A DNA stretch of 64,000 nt, taken from Elephas maximus. Taxonomy: Eukaryota. This document shows, piece after piece, positions 56,261 to 64,000 of this stretch. Numbering within the stretch: the first letter of the stretch is position 1; each line of letters opens with the position of its first letter. The translations under genes and the position numbers were made by a program. The stretch covers positions 89,332,968-89,396,967 of the forward strand of contig NC_064830.1 in NCBI RefSeq assembly GCF_024166365.1. Direction: 5' to 3'. The notes beneath the pieces are model-generated. The model made no database searches, had not been told where the DNA came from, and was given only the letters and a program-made list of their open reading frames with translations.

Positions 56261-57599
56261 TCGTCCACCCCCCATTTAAACTCCTTGAGAGCAGGGAGTC
56301 TGTTTTGTTCACTGCTGTACTCCAGCCCCTAAAGCAGTGCTGACACACAGTAAAAGTGTTTAATAGACATTCAATGAATTTATCCATCCACCCATTTACC
56401 TATGCCCCTATCCCTCCCTCCCCAATCTACACACACTCACTCTACTGAGTTTCACCTTTGTGCCTTTGCTCATAAATCCTCATTGCTTGGAATATCCCTA
56501 CCAACCCTGTTTTCTTAGTAAATTCTTTCTTTAGGTGTCACCTCCTAGAGGAATTTTTCCATGATCTTTTTCCTTCCTGTCCCAACAAAGGCTCGGATAA
56601 GTGCTCTTCTGTTTCCATTTCTATTATAATATTGTAATTGGCCATTTCTTTGCCTGTTCCTACACTAAACTGTGAATTCCTCAAGGGCAGAGACTGTATC
56701 ATTCATTTCTGTGTCTCAAGCTCCTAAAACAGGGACTGGCATAAAGCGGGAGCTGTAAATGTTTGGTGAATAACTGAATGGCCTTGTCATCCGTGGACAT
56801 TATATATGTACCTTTTCACGAGGGGATGGCAAGAGGTGTGCCTTGGTACGGGTACGATTTCTGTCAGAGCTAGAGATGGCGGAAGAGAAGGGAGAGAGCT
56901 GAGAAGCTCTGAATTCAAGGGTCAGGGCAGAATAGGATTGCATGGCTTAAAATCCCCCTACCCTGCTGGGATGTTGTCAAACCCTTGCTCTCTCCCCTAC
57001 AGGCTCCTCATCCTTCTCCCAGGACAAAGGGGATCTCCCCTGAAGCCTCACTCACCGGGTATCTGTGCCTCGGGTCTTGGTGATGAACACTGGAAATAGA
57101 GGCCCCAGTCAGAGAAATGACTATCGCCATGGCCAGAAGGCGATGTGGCTAGGGCAGAACGGGTTAGGGGATTGCTGGCCAGGCAGTGAGGAGCAAGGAC
57201 TGGGTTAGTGGGTAGAGGGCACTATGTAAGTCCTAGGGCTGGCTGTAAGATGGGGGAGATGTCAGCCATGGTTGGGAGGGAGATCAGGGATTGGAATTAG
57301 GAGTGTGGAAGCGTCTTTGGACACAGTGGTCCTGGGGTGGGAATCACCGTGTTTAGATATCTGAGTCCCTTGGTCTTGTGTCTGCTTTTCCTTGGTGGGC
57401 ACAGGGTTCATGTGGCAGCCAGCAATAAACAAGGCCTCATCAGTGAGTTCTGTGCTAATCCGGGTCAGAAATTCCTCCGAACGGGATAAGGAAGCCTTCT
57501 GGGAAAAAGAAGAAGTCAGAGGGGCTGGGCCTGAGAGCTCCTACCTGGGGTTTCTGGGTTTGGGAGCTAGCAGGCTGGGGGATATGGGTCTAAAGAGTC

Positions 57600-57830
57600 T
57601 CCTAGTGGAAGATTGGGCCTTCATATTTAACCTAGAAGGCCCTGGACCTTGGGGGCAGTCTTTGGGGACCTCAGGGTCAGTGATGGAGGCTATGGGTCTG
57701 GGCCTAGGGCTCAGGACTGGGGGGTCTCTGGGGTGGGGGTCTCAGGACTGGGGAGTCTCTGGGTCGAGGGTCTCTAAGGTGGGGTCTTAGGGCTGGAGGC
57801 TCATGGCTCAGAGCTGGGGGTGTGTGCCTC
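57600..57830 (+). repeat. G-rich tandem repeat with a period of about 20-22 bp, consensus roughly gggtctc(a/t)gg(g/a)ctgggg(g), between SEZ6L2 and CDIPT
   Basis: ...gggtctgggcctagggctcaggactggggggtctctggggtgggggtctcaggactggggagtctctgggtcgagggtctctaaggtggggtcttagggctggaggctcatggctcagagctggggg... Confidence 0.7.
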
Positions 57831-58049
57831 CACCTAGGAGGTCTCCACTTCATTACACTTCCACCTTTCGTCTTTCCCTTCAGTGCTCACCTGACCTCCA
57901 CCCAAGGAGGATGCAGCTTGGGTCGGCCGGCTGCCCTTTTTCTCCTCATTCTTGGTAGGAGTGGATGCCATGCCCCTGGGAGCAGTTGAAGCCTGTTTTT
58001 ACTGAGAAACTAGCCCAATTCCCCCACCCCCAAACTCATCCCACCGCTA

Positions 58050-59450
58050 TTCCCCCGCCCAGATTTAAACAGGGCTTATAGATGAATCGCCCCGCTGTCT
58101 CAGTCCCCACTGTCCCAGATTCTTCCGGGGAAGTTGGGGGGCGTAACAATCCCCCTCCCCATTTCCCGGCAGGGCTCTCCTTCCTTCTTCCCTCCCAAGC
58201 CAAGGCAGCCGACTTGCCGCCCCGGACCTGGCAGATAGGTTGAAATCTTGAGCTACTCGGCACGAAGGGAGACGGGACCCCTGCGGCGGCTGTTTCAGGG
58301 CTTGTTGGCGGGTGGGGTGTCGGGGAGGAGACAGGGAGGCGGAGATGGGGAAGAAGGTTGGAAAGAGAGGGACCCAGGGCCGCACTGCTACCCGTTGCTA
58401 TAAAAACCTTGGTGTCTGCGAAGATTCCGCAGGCCCGTTGTCAGGAGATGTATTAAAGGTTCTAGAACCAAAGGTGGGGGTCATTTTCCCAGCATGCCCC
58501 GTTCCCTCCTCTCCTCCACCACCCTCCAGGTCCCTCCTTGAGGGCAGCGACCCCAGCGCCAGACGCTTGAGAAGATGGAAAAGATTAGAGTGGAGCCTTG
58601 GACCTAACCCTCCTACCACTAGGGGCGCGCAAAGAAGTAACCCCGCCCTAGACCACTCTCTAGCCGTCATTTCGTAACCTGTAGGCTGCGAGAGCAAATG
58701 AGGTCAGCGTTAGGAGGCAGGGAAGGAAAGCTGTGGAGTGTACCAAATAACCTCGTCTCTTCGGGATGCCAAGATTCAAGAGGAAGGAATCTTTTCTCTT
58801 TCTCTTCGTCTCCGGGAAAACACTTACCCCGTATAAAGGAAAATATAGATATTTATCTAGGCCTCCTTGTCTTTTGCCCTCGCCTTTGCAGTTCCTTCTT
58901 CTGCCAGGCGGCGATGGTTCTTTTCTCCCCCTCCTCCTTCTGTACTTTGGTACGAGCCACCAAGGGGCGGAGGGAAGAAGAGGAAAAGGAAGCGGCCAGA
59001 TCTTAAAGGGGCCGCAGCCATTTTTTAAGGCTGTTTTCTTTAATTTTGCAACTACGAGCGCAGAGCGGTGGGTTCCCGGAAGCTGAGCACAACTGGAGCA
59101 GCTAGAACCACGGCAGGAAGCGGGTCCGCCCGCGGGGCTGCCCATCGGACGGGCGGAGTGTGCGCGCCCCCTGCGCCCCGCGCACATCGGGGCCGGCCCA
59201 TGATCGAGCCGGCTGAGCGGTTTCGCAGCTGGGGCTGGGCCGGGGAAGCGGGATACTGTACGCAGTTGGCGCGGCGGATGCGCCGAACCGGAGGGTGAGG
59301 TCGCGCGGTGGCGCTGGAACAGCTCTGCCCTCTGGAACGGGCCCGGGACGGCAAGGGAGCTGCCGCGATGCCAGGCGAAAATATCTTCCTGTTCGTGCCT
59401 AACCTCATTGGTAAGTGCTGCTCGCGGCGCTAGGGCGAACGGTAGGGCGA
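58050..59450 (+). promoter_or_regulatory. CDIPT: CpG island over the CDIPT promoter, 5'UTR and first coding exon
   Basis: The region is CpG-dense (gcgcgccccctgcgccccgcgcacatcggggccggcc, cgcggcggatgcgccgaaccggagg). It ends just after the CDIPT ATG at 59368. A possible 5'UTR splice donor GGAGG|gtgagg is at about 59293. Dense overlapping spurious ORFs on both strands are typical of a CpG island. Confidence 0.65.
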
Positions 59451-61811
59451 CGAGCCTGGGGTGGTTCCATGAACCCCACTGTCTGTTTCCCCCTTCACCA
59501 TTGCAAGGTTATGCCCGGATCGTCTTCGCCATCATTGCTTTCTACTTCATGCCCTGCTGCCCCCTCACGGCCTCATCCTTCTACCTGCTCAGCGGACTTC
59601 TGGACGCTTTCGATGGACACGCTGCTCGAGCCCTTAATCAAGGTGACAGACACCCCTCCCAGCCAGCGTTGGGGCCCAACAACTCCCTGTCCCCTGCCTC
59701 CTCAGGACCTCAGGGTGGGCCGGAACTCGGGAGTCTGAAGGGCTCTGTCATTCCCATCTCAATATAAGTCAGAACAGAGTGGCCCGGTTTCGTATCAGAA
59801 GAGATTTAAGCTAGTGCTTGAGAAGCACTTAATGATTGTGAGGGATGTCGGATACCAAGACTGGACGGCTGTGGCAGTGCTAAAAGTCTCTTTGAATGTG
59901 AATCCATCAAGTGTTTTCTGAGGGCCTACTGTGTGGCAGACACAAGCAATAGGGATTCTGGAAGGCATGTTTAGAGGAAGGGTGGAGAGGGAAACCATGG
60001 CTTCTGAAGATTGACTGATGTTTTACAATCTGTTCTCTGTACCCACCTCTAAGACTTCTGCTAAGACTTCAAGTCTGTCTTGACCTGGAGCCTTGGCTCT
60101 GGGATTGATGCATTGTAGAGATAGCTTTCCCACCCCCATTCCTACACTGTTGCTTCCACACACCCCTGCGTTCTCATTTCATACCATGGCACCCTTGCCC
60201 GTTGACCTCTCACCCCACTGATAGCAGCCTGCTATTCTCCCAGACAGTGAATAGTGAACATTTTCAATCTTGTAGATGCTACATCAGAGTGATATACCAA
60301 CTATGACATCTATCTTGGGTCCACTGCCCCTAACAGCCCCTTCCCATCTAATAGCCCTGATTTTTCAGGGACCCGGTTTGGGGCCATGCTGGACATGCTG
60401 ACGGACCGCTGCTCCACCATGTGTCTGCTAGTCAACCTGGCACTGCTGTACCCTCGAGCAACCCTTCTCTTTCAGCTCAGTATGAGCTTGGATGTGGCCA
60501 GCCACTGGCTGCACCTCCACAGGTCTGCTTCCATTCTGGGTTGCCTGGATAGACAGGTTAAAGAAGACACTACGGTGGGAAGGCGTGAGACTAGATGGGA
60601 GGGTGTCTGGGATGGCTTCAGACTTCTTGAGAGGTCTCCATTTTTTAGCCTCTGCTTTGTTGAAGGACCCAGGCCAAGTCCTGTTCCTCTCTGAATAAGC
60701 TTGAGTCCTGTTTACAGTTGAATTAGGCAATTCCTAAGACCCTCCTGGCTGCATAGTCCAGGATTTCAAATGGGTAATAACTCATGGGAAGGGTATGGGA
60801 ACCTTCAAATGTGGCATTTGAATCCTGACTCTGCCCCTAACTAGGTAATCATGTGTCTTTGGACAAGATATACTGGTTCTCATCTGTGCCCCAGTTCATC
60901 TGTACAATAGAGGCATTCCCAGTATCTACTTCATGGGATCAATGTGAGGGATAGATGGATGTTAGTGGTAATGTAAACTCATGGATTCGTCCTACTTTCT
61001 CCCCAAGTTCTGTGGTCCGAGGCAGTGAAAGTCACAAAATGATCGACCTGTCTGGAAACCCGGTGCTTCGAATCTACTATACCTCCAGAGTGAGCATCTC
61101 CACCCCTCCCCTTATTCACTTAGCTGATGCCAGATCCTCTGCTGAGCCCTGGTCCGAGGCCTGGTCCCAGGTTAGGAGAGGCAGCGAGCATAATGGGACA
61201 ACCAGCCCAGTCTCCCAGGGAAGGAGCAGCCTGTGAGCTGAGGCATGAAGAAAGAGTACGATTTGTGGGAAGGGACTATGAATTGTTCCAGGCAGCAAAT
61301 GGAAATGAGGCCCTTGTGACACCCCTTTTTCCCCATATGTCCCTTCCTACTACCTACCTGCCTAAAGGTCTGGGCTCCCTATCCCTGAGTGAGGCGGGAA
61401 GGGTACATGGCCCTGCCCTCTGGCTTAAGCAGCCTTTTTGCTGTTTGTGCAGCCTGCTCTCTTCGTCCTATGTGCTGGAAATGAGCTCTTCTACTGCCTC
61501 CTCTATCTGTTCAATTTCTCCGAGGGACCACTAGGTAGGAGCTAAGGGGCTGGGCAGGAGGGTGGGAGGGGGCTTCTGGCCTGCCAAGGGAAGTGAAGGC
61601 CTCAGACTCCTAGGCCCATCCCCACATCTCATTTTCTTTGTCTCTCCCCTGCTTCCTTCCTGCAGTTGGCTCCGTGGGTCTTTTCCGAATGGGCCTCTGG
61701 ATCACCGCCCCCATTGCTTTGCTGAAGTCTGTCATCAGTATCATCCACCTGATCACAGCTGCCCGCAACATGGCTGCCCTGGACGCGGCAGACCGTGCCA
61801 AAAAAAAGTGA
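59368..61811 (+). CDS. CDIPT: CDIPT (CDP-diacylglycerol--inositol 3-phosphatidyltransferase / phosphatidylinositol synthase); 6 coding exons: 59368..59410, 59508..59642, 60369..60522, 61008..61089, 61453..61534, 61666..61811 (stop TGA 61809..61811)
   Basis: Spliced translation reads MPGENIFLFVPNLIG|YARIVFAIIAFYFMPCCPLTASSFYLLSGLLDAFDGHAARALNQG|TRFGAMLDMLTDRCSTMCLLVNLALLYPRATLLFQLSMSLDVASHWLHLHS|SVVRGSESHKMIDLSGNPVLRIYYTSR|PALFVLCAGNELFYCLLYLFNFSEGPL|VGSVGLFRMGLWITAPIALLKSVISIIHLITAARNMAALDAADRAKKK*. It carries the CDP-alcohol phosphotransferase motif DGxxAR...G...D..TD and closely matches human CDIPT (213 aa). The total is 642 nt = 213 aa plus stop. Boundaries are GT..AG and were checked against ORF-track frames 59408.., 60386.., 60955.., 61127.. 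and 61562... Confidence 0.93.
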
Positions 61812-62343
61812 CTCTGGATCTTCCAGTCCCCCAGCGCCCACTTGCCCTGGGAGTCTCACTGTGCCACACGGCTCCCTTTCCCCTCCTAGGAGGTCCCAGT
61901 CTCATGTCTTCCTAATGTGTTATCCAACCCACTGGGACGAGGGTCAGCCTCTCTTTGGTGATGTTGTCTTCTCCAAACTCCTGAGGGCTGGTCCCACCCC
62001 TGTAAGCCCCAAGGACCTGGGCTTCAATTGAGGAAGGATACTCAGGGGACCCCACCCATACAGGTGATGATGCCCCTGGGGCCCCAGGAGGCCTATCTGA
62101 GGACTGGGCATTGTCACGCCCTGCTGACTCAGCCCTGGGGTCTGGCTTGGCCTGATATTTTAGGGACACTTGAGTGAGGGAGATGATGTAGGGGCCGAGG
62201 TTCACAAAAGGCAGGAGATTCAGGCTTCCACCCCTGACCAGAGGCAGCCTGGGGACGCCACACCCAGGAGGGAAGGGGCCTTTTAGGTCCTTCTCTATTG
62301 CAGTTTCCTCTCTCCCATCTACCCTGGACCTGGAAGCCTTGAT

Positions 62344-62349
62344 AATAAA
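62344..62349 (+). terminator. CDIPT: AATAAA polyadenylation signal for CDIPT
   Basis: gatAATAAAggcggg lies about 530 nt downstream of the CDIPT stop at 61811. Confidence 0.55.
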
Positions 62350-62781
62350 GGCGGGAGCTTCACTATCTGGACTTTGTTTCCTTGCCGATACTCTTGGACC
62401 AAGGCCTGGGTCCAGGGGATCCTTAGGGAAAAAGGGAAGATGGAGCTGGGCCCCTAGTTTGCTGAATGGCTCTTTCCTGCCATTCCACGGTGCCCTCAAA
62501 GGCTCTCTCTGCCACCCAAGCACATGCCATGTCCTCTCTACCCACCTGCTTTATTTTCTTTATAACATTGCCTCCATTTATTTGTATAGTTGATATTTTC
62601 TACCACACTAGAATGTAAGCTCCATGAGGGCACAGACTTTCTGTTCCCTCTCTACGCCTCGAATGAAGACTAACCGTAACCTGGCATATCGTAGCTGGTT
62701 AGTAAATATTTGTGAATAGATCAGCTGGTTTCTCAAAGTGTACTCTAGGGATGGGCCCAGAAGTCTGCAATTTTAAACAAT

Positions 62782-62935
62782 TTTGAGGAGCCCTGGTGGC
62801 ACAGTAGTCAAGAACTCAGCTGCTAACCAAAAAGTAGGCAGTTTGAATCCACCAGCCACTCCTTGGAAACCCTGTGGGGCTGTTCTGCTCTATCCTATAG
62901 GGTTGCTATGAGTTGGAATCAACTTGACGGTAACA
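62782..62935 (+). mobile_element. AfroSINE downstream of the CDIPT 3' end
   Basis: ggagccctggtggcacagtagtcaagaactcagctgctaaccaaaaagtaggcagtttgaatccaccagccactccttggaaaccctgtggggctgttctgctctatcctatagggttgctatgagttggaatcaacttgacggtaacagg. Confidence 0.85.
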
Positions 62936-64000
62936 GGTTTTGTTTTCTTTTTTTTGGCCATATACCAGGCATCATTCTGGGCATCGGTCCCTAGCAGCTA
63001 CTCCTACTATTTATCTGAGCTTTCTCTGCTGCCTGGCACCTGCTTTCTTTTGAAAGCTATACTGGGCCTCCCATCTGTCAGACCCTGTACTGGGGGTCTT
63101 TTGCAGATGTTACTCATTTAATCTTCATAAAGCTCAGCCAAGAGGCAGTCAGTGTCCAGAAGAGTTGAAACTTAGCCGATGTGTATTGAGCCTCAACTCT
63201 TGTACTGGGCACGGGGACTCAGTGTGGAGCTCTGCAGCCAGCTTCCCAGCCCCCTTGGAGGTCACAGGAGTGATAACAGATGGCTTAGGGAGTAGAAACC
63301 TCACTTAGGTTCTGGAGAAGGGGGTGGGTAGCCTAAATTGCATAGGGATTGAGGAGGGAAGGGCTAGCAGAGGAGAGAATTCCCAGCTGAGGGAACAGCA
63401 TACAACCTCAGGGAGGCCAGAGATCACCCTCGGAAACCAGAAATGGAAGTAGATAGATTCTGCTGGGGGTGAGGTGGGGTGGTGATGAGAGATAAGGCAG
63501 AAGAAGCCAGCAGGGCAGCCTGAGGAGCCTGGTAGGGCACGGGCCACATGGAGCTACTAAAGGGATTTTTGTTTTAAATAGGTAAAATATTCACATAAAA
63601 CTTCAAACACTGCAGAAGGATGACAAAACAGTCTCTTCCCACCTCAAGCTCTCCGCTGTCCCCCGAGGCAACCACTACTAATTTCTTGTGTGTTTGTCTA
63701 AATAAATCCCTTACATCTAAACAGATTTCCATATTTTAAAATTCTTCTATAGATTCGCCGCTCTGCTGCTAACAAGCTATCGCTGTTCTAAGTGCTTTTT
63801 TGTGTTCTTTTATCTCAGAACTGTGTTATATACTATACATTATAGTAATCTGTTATTGTGCTCACTTTACAGACAGGAAATTGAGGTCCCTGACAGGATT
63901 TCAACCTGGCTAGTTTGGCTCCAGAGCCTGCACACTTAACACTGAGCATACTCAGCACTGCCATATCAATATAATAAGCATAATATTCATAATGGCTGCA

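Noticed and set aside
58036-59408. ORFs of 100-175 aa on both strands upstream of CDIPT
   Set aside because: They are CpG-island artefacts. The CDIPT coding sequence starts at 59368 with a short first exon and explains the locus.

Overview
This window is mammalian nuclear DNA, not prokaryotic. It has spliced multi-exon genes with GT-AG introns, CpG-island promoters, AATAAA polyadenylation signals, and dense LINE/SINE/LTR content. Most of the SINEs are tRNA-derived AfroSINE-type elements whose partner LINE is an RTE/BovB-like element, so the source is probably an Afrotherian genome such as elephant, manatee, hyrax or tenrec.

The window is orthologous to the human 16p11.2 block, in reverse orientation relative to the human reference. 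I can reconstruct four protein-coding genes exon by exon:
- KCTD13 on the + strand: 6 coding exons, 329 codons.
- ASPHD1 on the - strand: 3 coding exons, convergent tail-to-tail with KCTD13.
- SEZ6L2 on the + strand: 18 coding exons, 923 codons, head-to-head with ASPHD1 across a shared CpG island.
- CDIPT on the + strand: 6 coding exons, 213 codons.

The first ~14 kb is repeat-rich and AT-rich with no host gene I can support. It contains an antisense ERV pol fragment (protease plus reverse transcriptase motifs), L1 pieces and an RTE fragment.

The supplied six-frame ORF track uses bacterial-style alternative starts. Most long ORFs in it are CpG-island or read-through artefacts. I used the track only to fix reading frames at exon boundaries.

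I found no CRISPR array, operon, defence island or any prokaryotic-type system, and nothing that looks like an undescribed system. The most unusual items are structural: overlapping convergent 3' ends, a polypurine/polypyrimidine tract inside a bidirectional promoter, intronic minisatellites and GC-box clusters, tandem SINE triplets, and a perfect 16-bp hairpin upstream of KCTD13.

All exon coordinates carry a +/-1 to 2 nt uncertainty.
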